From NCBI GenBank assembly GCA_963555985.3, contig OY820591.1, forward strand, positions 64,001 through 128,000: DNA of 64,000 nucleotides, written 5' to 3'. The stretch's first letter is position 1; each line of letters opens with the position of its first letter. The DNA comes from Dehalococcoidia bacterium (GTDB lineage: Bacteria > Chloroflexota > Dehalococcoidia > Bin125). Of the stretch, positions 37,937-46,773 are shown in pieces. Under the pieces are notes generated by a model. That model was not told the DNA's origin. It saw only the letters and a list, made by a program, of their open reading frames with translations, and did not search any database. The position numbers were made by a program, and so were the translations under genes.

Positions 37937-39025
37937 ATGACCACCACTACCGCCCCCTTCGCCTACGCGAACACGACTTGGCCCGTGCTTGATCGGATGG
38001 CTGAGGCGCACCGTCGCAGTTGGCAGATGCTGGCGTCGCCGGGCGACTGGTGGACGGGCGCGGAGCGGGTCTCGATTGCAGCTGAGAGCCGGCGCGCCTC
38101 GGCATTGGTAGACGGCTTGCCCGATCCTGGACCGGGACCGGCCGAACTGCCCGAGGCGGCGGCGTTCGCGGCGCATAAGCTGATCGGCGACCTGCCCAAC
38201 GTCTCGCATGAGTGGTACGAGGAGACCACGACCGCCGAGGGGATGTCGGACGCGCACTACATCGAGCTGCTGGGCGTGGTCGTGCACGTCTGGTCGGTAG
38301 ACGAGTTTCACCGCGCGCTCTCGCTGCCGCTGGAACCGTTGCCCGAACCGATCGGAGGCGAACCCACGCGGATTCGGCCAACGGGCGCGAAACAGCACGG
38401 CAGTTGGTCGCCGACCGTCCGGCCCGAAGACCTGGGCGAGCGCGAAGCGGACATCTACGGCGGGGCCGAATACGCCGCCAACGTGCGCGCGGCCATGAGC
38501 CTGCACCCCGACAGCGTGCGCTGGCTGGCCGATCTGTTCGACGCGCACTATCTGAGTTGGATCGAGATCGCCGGCGAGCAGGAGTCGTTCCGCATACTGA
38601 CCCGTCCGCAGCGAGAGTTGGTGGCGGCGAGAGTATCGGCGCTGAACGAATGCTTCTATTGAACGATCTCGCACGTGATGCTGCTCGGTCGGAGCAGCGA
38701 AGGTAACGACGCATTAAACCTGAACGGTACGGTGCGGAACGATATTGATAGCGGCGTCGAACACGGCGAAGTACTGCTTCGCTATTCCGACGCAGCGGTG
38801 GCTCACACATCCGATCTGGCGGCTGCGCGCAATGCGCTGAACGCGGCGATGGGGCCGGACGCAGTCGTGGATTGCGCCGCCACCATCGCCAATTTCCAGC
38901 GCATGGTGCGGATCGCGGACGGCTGCGGCATTCCTCTCGATTCATTCTCCCGCCGCGAGTCGGAGAAGTGGCGAGACGGTCTGGGGATCGACGGCTTCCG
39001 CAGTCGCGGGAACACGTTCGGCTGA
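37937..39025 (+). CDS. AhpD/CMD-like protein, probable selenoprotein 2 (UGA 38660-38662 read as Sec)
   Basis: ELVAARVSALNECFY-UGA-TISH in frame with the downstream ORF; full-length paralog of copy 1. Confidence 0.82.
38663..38700 (+). promoter_or_regulatory. Putative bacterial SECIS element 2
   Basis: Stem GCTGCTC/GAGCAGC with loop GGTCG starting 24 nt after the UGA. Confidence 0.7.
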
Positions 39026-39351
39026 GGAGGTTTTGGGCCGGCGAGCGTGCGAGTTGATCTGGTTTGCCGCTCGCTCTATCGTTGAGCCTTGAGCACCCAG
39101 CTCTGGGTCGCCAAATGTTCGGAGTTGAGCCCACTCTCGGCCTTCGACGTATTCCGGCAGTCCAGTCCCGGTCACCACACCTTCGGTGGTCGGAGCGCCA
39201 CCGAAACCAGGACCGGCGCGTTGGATCGCTCGATGCAGCGCCGAACCACGGGACCTCGCTTGGCTCCATACGAACGTGGCGTCTTACCGCTGGGGAATTC
39301 TCTGGACGCCCCCACTCACTGCGAGCGGGGGCGTCCGGCTGATTGGCGATC

Positions 39352-40005
39352 ATGTCACAACGGGTTTCGTTGTTCATCGACTACCAGAACGCATACGGCC
39401 AAGCACGCGACCTGTTCCACCAGCCGGATGACGATCCCACCTGCGGGCAGTTTCGCCCCTGGGCGCTTGGCGAATTCGTCTGCGGCCAGTACAACGAGCG
39501 ACATCCTGGGGAACCGCCCCTGGAGCTGAATGAAGTGCGGCTCTATCGGGGAGAGCCCGTGCGGCGAATGAGCCAGGTTGCATATGACGCCTTTCAACGC
39601 CAGCGCGCTGCCTGGGAGCAGGCGGGCGTGCAAGTCTTCTCAGCACCATTGCAGTATGACCAGCATGGCGAACCGCAGGCTGAGAAAGAGATCGACGTAC
39701 AACTCGCGATTGACTTCGTCATTGGCGCGGTCGAGCGGACATACGATGTTGGCGTGCTCTTCTCATTCGATCGCGATCTGCTACCGGCACTGCGATACGT
39801 TCGTGCGCAGCAGGCAAGCCACTGCCGGGCCGACGTTGCCGGCTGGGGCGGGATCAGAGACGGTAGATACTTGAGTCCGCCTGGTCAACGCCCTGTTCGT
39901 CATCTGGTTGGCAAGTCGGATTATCAGCGTCTGGCGGACGCCACCGACTATACGAAGCGAAGCTCGAACTATCGCCGAGCTCGACGACAGCGCCGCCGCC
40001 GCTGA
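39352..40005 (+). CDS. NYN (LabA/DUF88, PIN-like) domain protein 1
   Basis: LFIDYQN, EKEIDVQLAIDFV, LFSFDRDLLPAL motifs. Confidence 0.9.
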   Translation: MSQRVSLFIDYQNAYGQARDLFHQPDDDPTCGQFRPWALGEFVCGQYNERHPGEPPLELNEVRLYRGEPVRRMSQVAYDAFQRQRAAWEQAGVQVFSAPLQYDQHGEPQAEKEIDVQLAIDFVIGAVERTYDVGVLFSFDRDLLPALRYVRAQQASHCRADVAGWGGIRDGRYLSPPGQRPVRHLVGKSDYQRLADATDYTKRSSNYRRARRQRRRR

Positions 40006-40009
40006 CCAC

Positions 40010-40498
40010 CTATTTCACCGTCCCCAACACTCGCACCACCTCGATCGCGGCCTGCGCAGCTTCTTCGCCTTTGTTGCCGGCTTCGCCTCCGGCTCTGGCG
40101 AGGGCGAGGGCGACGGTTTGGGTGGCGAGGACTTCGAAGATGATGGGGACGCCGGTGTCGAGGCCGACTCGGGCGATGCCTTGAGTGGCTCCGTCTACGA
40201 CGAGGCGGTAGTGGTCGGTTTCGCCCTCGATCACGGCGCCCAGGCAGATGACGGCGTCGAAGCGTCCGGTTTGGGCGCACTTCTGGGCGACCAGCGGAAT
40301 CTCGAACGCTCCGGGCACCCAGTAGACGTCGATTGCATCCGAGTCTGCGCCGCTGGCTTCGAGGTGATCGAGGCAGCCGTCCAGCAGTTTGCCGGTGACG
40401 AAGTCGTTGAAGCGGGAGACGACGATGGCGAAGCTGAGGCCGGCGGCGGGGCCGCGTTCGGGGTCGGGCGGGAGTGCGCCGTCGTGGATGCGGACCAT
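40010..40498 (-). CDS. ribH: 6,7-dimethyl-8-ribityllumazine synthase
   Basis: IVVSRFN, VPGAFEIP, LGAVIEGETDHY, NKGEEAA motifs. Confidence 0.97.
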   Translation of the reverse strand: MVRIHDGALPPDPERGPAAGLSFAIVVSRFNDFVTGKLLDGCLDHLEASGADSDAIDVYWVPGAFEIPLVAQKCAQTGRFDAVICLGAVIEGETDHYRLVVDGATQGIARVGLDTGVPIIFEVLATQTVALALARAGGEAGNKGEEAAQAAIEVVRVLGTVK

Positions 40499-40507
40499 GG
40501 GCGGCTC

Positions 40508-41902
40508 CTAGCCGATGGCGGCTCGGCGCGGAGGACGGGGCGGTTCGTCGTCGGCCGGTTCGGTCGAGCGAATGTCGTCGGCGTCGAGCATGTGCCCCAT
40601 CTTCTCGTGTTTGACCGAGAGATAGCGCACGTTGTGGGGGTTGGCGCTGGCGATCACGGGCACGCGCTCGACGATTTCGAGGCCGTAACCGGCGAGACCG
40701 TGGCGCTTGGCCGGGTTGTTGGTCATCAGGCGGATGCGGGAGACGCCGAGGTCGCGCAGAATCTGCATCCCGATTCCGTAGTCACGGCGGTCGGGGGCAA
40801 AGCCGAGCGCGAGATTGGCTTCGACCGTATCCATGCCCTGATCCTGGAGCGCGTAGGCGGCGATCTTGTTGTGCAGACCGATCCCGCGGCCCTCCTGAGC
40901 CATGTAGACGATCACGCCGCGGCGCTCTTCGGCGACCATGCGCATAGCCAAGTCCAACTGCTCGCCGCAGTCGCAGCGCTGGGAGCCGAAGACGTCGCCG
41001 GTGAGGCATTGCGAGTGGACGCGGACGAGGGTGGGATGTTCGCCGTTGACGTGACCCATCACCATCGCTACGTGCTCTTCGGCGTGGTCCGAGGTGCGGT
41101 AGCCGATCAGCCGCCAGGTGCCGTGCGCGGTCGGCAGCTTGGCCTCGGAGACGCGCTCGACCAGCTGCTCGGTGCGCAGGCGATACTGGATGATCTGCTC
41201 AACCGAGACAATCTTGAGCTTGTGGCGCTTGGAGAAGCGAACGAGCTCAGGCAAGCGCGCCATCGTGCCGTCGCGCTTCATGATCTCGCAGATCACCGCA
41301 CCCGGCTGGAGTCCGGCCAGACGGCAGAGATCGACCGAAGCCTCGGTCTGGCCGGCGCGGACGAGCACGCCGCCGTCGCGGGCGCGGAGCGGGAACATAT
41401 GCCCCGGCCGCACGAGGTCGTCGGGGCCGGAGTTGAGATCCATCAAGACTTGAATCGTGCGGGCGCGGTCGTGGGCGGAGATGCCGGTGGTGACGCCGGT
41501 GCGAGCTTCGACGCTGACCGTGAAGGCGGTGCCGAGCGGCGCCGTGTTCTGTCCGACCATCGGGTAGAGGCTGAGTTGATCGAGCCGATCGCCGTCCATG
41601 GGTACGCAGATCAGTCCGCGCGCGTGGGTGGCCATGAAGTTGATCGTGTCGGCGGTCACGAACTGGGCGGGCAGCGCGAGATCGCCCTCGTTCTCGCGAT
41701 CCTCGTCGTCCGTGATGATCAGCATTTCGCCCTGGGCGAAAGCCTCGATCGCCTCTTCGACGGTGCAGAAGGGAGACTGCCTGCGCTTGGACGCGCGGCG
41801 CTTGGCGGGCTTGCGCCGCGCGCGCGGCTGCTTCGCCGCCGCTTCCCGGCCGGCGCTCTCATTGGCGGGAGCGGATTCAGGGACGGACTCGGCCTCAGTC
41901 AT
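40508..41902 (-). CDS. ribBA: Bifunctional DHBP synthase/GTP cyclohydrolase II
   Basis: DDEDRENEGD, RPGHMFPL, VRVHSQCLTGDVFGSQRCDC, QEGRGIG, MTNNP; start 41902 overlaps the ribE stop (alternative 41941). Confidence 0.96.
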   Translation of the reverse strand: MTEAESVPESAPANESAGREAAAKQPRARRKPAKRRASKRRQSPFCTVEEAIEAFAQGEMLIITDDEDRENEGDLALPAQFVTADTINFMATHARGLICVPMDGDRLDQLSLYPMVGQNTAPLGTAFTVSVEARTGVTTGISAHDRARTIQVLMDLNSGPDDLVRPGHMFPLRARDGGVLVRAGQTEASVDLCRLAGLQPGAVICEIMKRDGTMARLPELVRFSKRHKLKIVSVEQIIQYRLRTEQLVERVSEAKLPTAHGTWRLIGYRTSDHAEEHVAMVMGHVNGEHPTLVRVHSQCLTGDVFGSQRCDCGEQLDLAMRMVAEERRGVIVYMAQEGRGIGLHNKIAAYALQDQGMDTVEANLALGFAPDRRDYGIGMQILRDLGVSRIRLMTNNPAKRHGLAGYGLEIVERVPVIASANPHNVRYLSVKHEKMGHMLDADDIRSTEPADDEPPRPPRRAAIG

Positions 41903-42536
41903 GGATTCCCCCTCCGGCGAGATCGAGTTGGGGTCGGTCATGGCTTTCCCGTTCCGCTTCTCTGGCGCTGATCAGCGCGTCCACATAGCGCGCGAGGATG
42001 TCGGTCTCCAGATTCACCTCGTCGCCCGCTCGGCGGTCGAGCAGGTTGGTGTGCTCCTGAGTGTATTGAACCAGGGAGACGGCAAAGCCCAATTCGTCCT
42101 TGTCAATAATCGTGAGCGAAACGCCGTCGATGCAGATGGGCCCTTTGACGATCATGTAGCGAAGCAGTTCGGGCGGCGCGTCGTAGGAGACGACGATCGC
42201 GTCGGCCTCCGGGCGGGTGTCGCGGAAGGCGCCGCGCCCCTCAACCACGCCGCGCACCAGATGCCCGCTGAGCCGATCCATCGGCCGCACCGATCGCTCC
42301 AGGTTGACCCGCGCTCCCGCTCCGAGTTGGCCCAGATTGGAGCGGCGGTAGGTCTCGGGCATCACGTTGGCGAGGAAGCGATCGCCGTCGATTGCAGTGA
42401 CGGTGAGGTCAACGCCGTTAATGGCGATGGAGTCGCCGAGCTTGGCGTCTGCGAGGATGAGGGGAGCGTGGATCCAGAGGAGTCCGTCGTCGGCTTGGTC
42501 GATCAGGCCGACTTCTTCGATGATGCCGGTGAACAC
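41895..42536 (-). CDS. ribE: Riboflavin synthase alpha chain
   Basis: MFTGIIEE, GDSIAINGVDLT, VNLER, KGPICIDGVSLT, VNLETD motifs. Confidence 0.97.
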   Translation of the reverse strand: MFTGIIEEVGLIDQADDGLLWIHAPLILADAKLGDSIAINGVDLTVTAIDGDRFLANVMPETYRRSNLGQLGAGARVNLERSVRPMDRLSGHLVRGVVEGRGAFRDTRPEADAIVVSYDAPPELLRYMIVKGPICIDGVSLTIIDKDELGFAVSLVQYTQEHTNLLDRRAGDEVNLETDILARYVDALISAREAERESHDRPQLDLAGGGIHD

Positions 42537-43039
42537 GTGCGCCTCCTGGGTTTGGGGTCATGGTACCTGGGAGGCTGGCTTTTGGGCGTTGGGGCGTCCC
42601 CTCGCCCCAGCTCCTTCCGCCTACCTCCGTCATACCCGCGCCCAGAGCTCCGCCATCCCCGCCCCAACAAGCTCCGTCATACCCGCGCCCCGTCGCGGAG
42701 CCTGTCCCCGCGAAGGCGGGGATCACTCGCCGCGACCAGCACCCCAGCCCCGGCCGCCTCCCATTTCCGTCATTCCTGCGCAGGCAGGAACCACGAACCT
42801 CCCAACCCCCAAACGCAAATCAAAACCCCCGCCGTACCCCGACCGCCCCAAACCCCAACTCCCCTCTCCCCCCTCCGCGGAGCCTGTCCCCGCGTAGGCG
42901 GGGAGGGAGATGTCCCGTAGGGACAGAGGGGGGGGCGCCCCTCAAATGCCAACCACGACACACCCCCAAATTACCCACCCGAACACCCATCCATATAAGA
43001 TCAAGTGTCCTTCATTGAGCAAGAGAGGAACCCGGACCC

Positions 43040-43396
43040 ATGCCCTTCAACTACAGCTACCAGTCCGCCATGGCCGGCGTCGGCGAGCTCGCCTTCTCCA
43101 AGCGCGAACCCGGCTACGTCCGCGCCCAAGCCTTCGCCATCCTGCGCCGCGAACTCTCCCCCGCCAACCCCAAGAGCCGCGAGATCCACTACGCGCTCGG
43201 CATCGAACCCCACCCCGAGCCCCCGCCCCGGCCCAACCATTCCCCCCACCTGCCCGAAGCCCCGCTCACCGCTGAGCAGCAGAAGGAGTTCCACCTCCAC
43301 TCGGTCCACGCCCAAGCAGCCGCCCTCATGCGCGGCGAAGACGTCCCCCTGACGGAGGACGAGGAAAGCGAAGAGGAAGAGGATGAGCCACAGTAA
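43040..43396 (+). CDS. 118-aa hypothetical protein, putative small-terminase-like subunit
   Basis: Overlaps the TerL start by 14 nt; GAGAGGA RBS; paralog at 6158-6514. The TerS role is inferred from position. Confidence 0.75.
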   Translation: MPFNYSYQSAMAGVGELAFSKREPGYVRAQAFAILRRELSPANPKSREIHYALGIEPHPEPPPRPNHSPHLPEAPLTAEQQKEFHLHSVHAQAAALMRGEDVPLTEDEESEEEEDEPQ

Positions 43397-44804
43397 TACC
43401 CCCAGCTCAAAGCGGGCGGTCGTTGCGTTCGACCGCTTGCACAAGTCTCGCGGTTTTTTTCCGACGGACAGACAGCGCGAGCTCTGTTGCGCAGTCGCTA
43501 CCGTGCCCAATCCCGGCCTCGCCCTGGTCGGCTACGGCGGCGCCATGGGCGGCGGCAAGACCCGCGCCCTGGCCGAGCTCGCCCTGGACGCGGCCTTGAT
43601 CTTCCCGGGCAACAACATCCTGCTCGCACGCGACACGTTCACAGACCTCTACACCACGACCATGGGCGAGTTCCTGCGCATCTGCACCGCAGACCCCGAC
43701 CTCACTGTCCAACGCCGCAGTTCACCCACCCATTCCCTCACGGTCAGCAGCCTCCAGTACTCGAGCGAACCCTCCACGATCCACTTTCGCCATCTCTCCG
43801 ACTGGACCGGACTCGGCTCCCAGCAGTACGGAACCGTGCTCATAGACGAAGCCGGCGAAGTGGCCGAAGAAGCCGCCCAAATGCTCTTGACCAGACTCCG
43901 CCACCCGGCCCAACCGCAACGCTGGTTCGTGGCCGCCTCCAACCCCCATCCAGGCTGGTTCGAGCGCTGGTTCGTCCAACGCGAACTGAACAAAGCTGAA
44001 CTGGAGCACGCCGGCGGACAAGCCCGCTTCATCCCCGCCAAGATCGAGGACAACCCCTATCTCCCGGACAACTACGCCGAGCAGCAGCGCGCCCTGCTCC
44101 CGCCCGACTGGGTCGAACGCTTCATCGAGGGCCGCTTCGACGCCTTCGACGGCCTCGTCTACCCCAAATTCGACCCCAAGCTGCACTGCTGGACGGGACG
44201 CCTACCCAGCTTCGAGCGCTACATCGGCGGCCTCGACTTCGGCGCTCAGACCGAGCAAGCCCACTACACCGCCGGCATCGTCGCCGGCCTCACCGCCCGC
44301 TACGCCGTCTGCGGACCCAACGTCTTGATCCGCCTGGCCGAGTTCGAGGACAGAGGCCCCGGCGTCACCCAGCGGCTCGAACAGTGGATGCTCCAGTGCC
44401 GCCGGCGCTTCGGCTCAATCAGTTGGAACGCCGACCGCAGCCAATCCGCCTGGATCGACCATCTTCACCGCCGCGGCCGCGACATCCGTCCCAGCCGGGG
44501 CGGGCCCGGCTCCGTCCACCAGGGCATCGGCCTGGTCCAAGAGCGGCTCGCCGCCGACCCGCCCCAGTCCTTCTACACCCCCGAGCTCGTCCAGTTCCCG
44601 CGCCGCATGAGGGAGTACCAGTGGCGAGACCCCCGCGCCGCCAACCCCCAACCCCGAGACCGCGACGACGACCTCCTGGACGCCGACCGCTACTGCCACG
44701 AGCTGGCCCAACCCCAGCCCCAAGCCCCAACCACCCGGATCGAGTTCTTCCACCTCCCGCCCGTCGACCGCGGCCGCATCGCCAGCATGAGAAACCAGCT
44801 CTAA
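43383..44804 (+). CDS. Phage terminase large subunit-like protein (ATPase plus RNase H-like nuclease)
   Basis: PTDRQ adenine-binding motif, GGAMGGGKT (Walker A), VLIDEA (Walker B), ASNP coupling motif, DNPYL, GLDFG and DDDLLDADRY nuclease motifs. Confidence 0.92.
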   Translation: MSHSNTPSSKRAVVAFDRLHKSRGFFPTDRQRELCCAVATVPNPGLALVGYGGAMGGGKTRALAELALDAALIFPGNNILLARDTFTDLYTTTMGEFLRICTADPDLTVQRRSSPTHSLTVSSLQYSSEPSTIHFRHLSDWTGLGSQQYGTVLIDEAGEVAEEAAQMLLTRLRHPAQPQRWFVAASNPHPGWFERWFVQRELNKAELEHAGGQARFIPAKIEDNPYLPDNYAEQQRALLPPDWVERFIEGRFDAFDGLVYPKFDPKLHCWTGRLPSFERYIGGLDFGAQTEQAHYTAGIVAGLTARYAVCGPNVLIRLAEFEDRGPGVTQRLEQWMLQCRRRFGSISWNADRSQSAWIDHLHRRGRDIRPSRGGPGSVHQGIGLVQERLAADPPQSFYTPELVQFPRRMREYQWRDPRAANPQPRDRDDDLLDADRYCHELAQPQPQAPTTRIEFFHLPPVDRGRIASMRNQL

Positions 44805-45067
44805 CCCATGCCCACCCACAATTCCGTCATCCCCGCCCCCAAGAATCTCCCCCTCAAGGGGGAGATGCCCCAACGGGGCAGAGGGGGTGAAACGCCACCC
44901 CCAGCACAAACGCCCCCAACCAACCTCCCCTCTCCCCCTCTGCGGAGCCTGTCCCCGCGCACGCGGGGAGGGAGATGCCGCGCAGGCGGGGGACAGAGGG
45001 GGGTACCCACCCCCAGCATCCAAGCCCCAAGCAACCCCCAAGGAGACCTGCGCGTAATCCCAAATTC

Positions 45068-45172
45068 CGTCATTCCAGGCTTGACCTGGAATCTCGTCCA
45101 GAATTGCAGACTATCTGGTCGGAGCGAGATTCCAGCGTTCGCCGGAATGACGAGAGCAACGGGAATAGCCAA
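45068..45172. repeat. Family A doublet, inverted copy of 14351-14452
   Basis: Both palindromes, the spacer CTATCTGGTC and the flank GAGAGCAACGGGAAT match the 14351-14452 element. Confidence 0.88.
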
Positions 45173-45180
45173 GTGAGGCG

Positions 45181-46773
45181 CTACTCGGTGAGGGCTTTGA
45201 TGAGGGTGTTGAGGCCGTTGGGGGATTTTCGGTAGTAGCGGTAGCCGGCCTTGCGCCAGCTATCGGCGGTGGGGGCGTTTCGGGAATGGAGCGGGGCTGT
45301 GATCCATTGGCGCTCGCGGCCTTGTGCGGAAGCTTCGGAGGCTTCGCGGAGGCGTTCGGCGGCGCTGGGAGCGGCGCCTGCTCGGAGAGTGAGGCAGACC
45401 AGTTCGGCGCTCTCGCGCTCGGCCGGCAGACGCAGCGCGGCCACGCCGAGCGCGGGACGTCCGCGCTCGGCGCTTGCCATCCAGAGCACAGCCTCGCCCC
45501 GCCGAGCCTCTTCGAGCAGGGTTGCGGCCATGGGCGGAAGTTGGGCGGCGGCCAAGAGTTCATCGATCTCAGCTGCGTCGGCGGGGCCGGCGGGACGCAG
45601 GCGGATATCGAGTTCGTGCTCGGGCGGCGTGGGATAGCCGCTGATCAGGAGGTCGTCGCCCAGCTGCTCGACGCTGAGGCCGGAGAGCCGGAGCGCGTCG
45701 CGCATCCGCTCGGCGCCGCGCCCGCGCACGGCGGTCTGAGCGTCGCCGCCGATCAGCATCGGCGCGACGACGGCGTGGACTTTGTCGATCAGGCGTTGGT
45801 CGAAGAATGCGCCCAGGACTTCGCCCCCGCCCTCGACCAGCAGGTGGACGACGCCGGCCTGCTGTCCGAGCTGGTCGAGCAAGGGTTCGAGGGGGACGCG
45901 CCCGTGCTCGGCGGGGAGCGTGAGCACGCTGACGCCGCGCGCTTCGAGGCTGACGCGCCAGTCTTCGGGCGCAGCCTCGGTAGTCGCGATCAGAGTGGGG
46001 GAAGTGTCGATCCCGTCCAGGATGCGCGCATCGAGAGGAGTGCGGCCGCGGCTGTCGAGCACGACGCGGAGCGGTTGGGGCACGGGTCCGCGCCAGTCGG
46101 CGGGGCGGGCGGTGAGTTGAGGGTTGTCGAGCAGGATCGTGCCGACGCCGACCAGGATGGCGTCGAAACGGGGTCGGTTCTGGTGCGCCCAAGCGAGCGT
46201 CTGAGGACCGGAGATCCAGCGGGAGTCGCCGCTGACGGCGGCGATCCGTCCGTCGAGCGAGGCGGCGAACTTGGCCGAAACGAAGGGGCGTCCGCTGCGG
46301 CGGTGATGTTGGTACGGCTCGTAGTGTTGCGCGGCCTGGGCTGCGTCGTCGCCGACGCTGACGCTGATGCCGGCCTTGCGGAGTTGTTCGAGTCCGCGTC
46401 CGGCGACTTGGGGATCGGGGTCGAGGCAGGCGACGACGACTTGGGCGACGCCGGCGCGGATCAGAGCGTCGGCGCAGGGCGGGGTGCGTCCCTGGTGGGC
46501 GCAGGGTTCGAGGGTGACATAGAGGGTGGCGCCCCGGGCTTGGGCGCCAGCCTGGCGCAGGGCGACCGCTTCGGCGTGAGGGCCGCCCGGGGGCTGGGTC
46601 GCGCCTTCACCGACGATCCGGATCGATTGGCGGCGCTCGTCGCTGCGGGGGTGTTGGACGAGGACTGCGCCGACGGCGGGGTTGGGGCTGGTCCAGCCGA
46701 GCGCGGAGCGGGCGAGTTCGAAGGCTCGCGCCATGGGGCGGGAGAGTGCGGGTTGGGCGGGCGTGGTCGTCAT
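45181..46773 (-). CDS. ribD: Riboflavin biosynthesis deaminase/reductase RibD with C-terminal GNAT-like extension
   Basis: SPNPAVG, HAE, TLEPCAHQGRTPPC, ASLDG, DNPQLT, LVEGG motifs; about 150 extra C-terminal residues. Confidence 0.95.
   Translation of the reverse strand: MTTTPAQPALSRPMARAFELARSALGWTSPNPAVGAVLVQHPRSDERRQSIRIVGEGATQPPGGPHAEAVALRQAGAQARGATLYVTLEPCAHQGRTPPCADALIRAGVAQVVVACLDPDPQVAGRGLEQLRKAGISVSVGDDAAQAAQHYEPYQHHRRSGRPFVSAKFAASLDGRIAAVSGDSRWISGPQTLAWAHQNRPRFDAILVGVGTILLDNPQLTARPADWRGPVPQPLRVVLDSRGRTPLDARILDGIDTSPTLIATTEAAPEDWRVSLEARGVSVLTLPAEHGRVPLEPLLDQLGQQAGVVHLLVEGGGEVLGAFFDQRLIDKVHAVVAPMLIGGDAQTAVRGRGAERMRDALRLSGLSVEQLGDDLLISGYPTPPEHELDIRLRPAGPADAAEIDELLAAAQLPPMAATLLEEARRGEAVLWMASAERGRPALGVAALRLPAERESAELVCLTLRAGAAPSAAERLREASEASAQGRERQWITAPLHSRNAPTADSWRKAGYRYYRKSPNGLNTLIKALTE

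Larger units (their letters stand above)
42625..45172 (+). mobile_element. Repeat-flanked orphan terminase cassette inserted between ribD and ribE
   Basis: Two overlapping genes antisense to the rib genes; palindrome clusters at 42625-42943 and 44823-45172; related partial copy at about 6040-6750. Confidence 0.6.

Noticed and set aside
42977-42995. SOS box in the cassette promoter (CGAACACCCATCC)
   Set aside because: The right half does not match GTTC in either copy.
42625-45172. Prophage call
   Set aside because: No integrase, portal, capsid, tail or lysis genes; both flanks are riboflavin genes.
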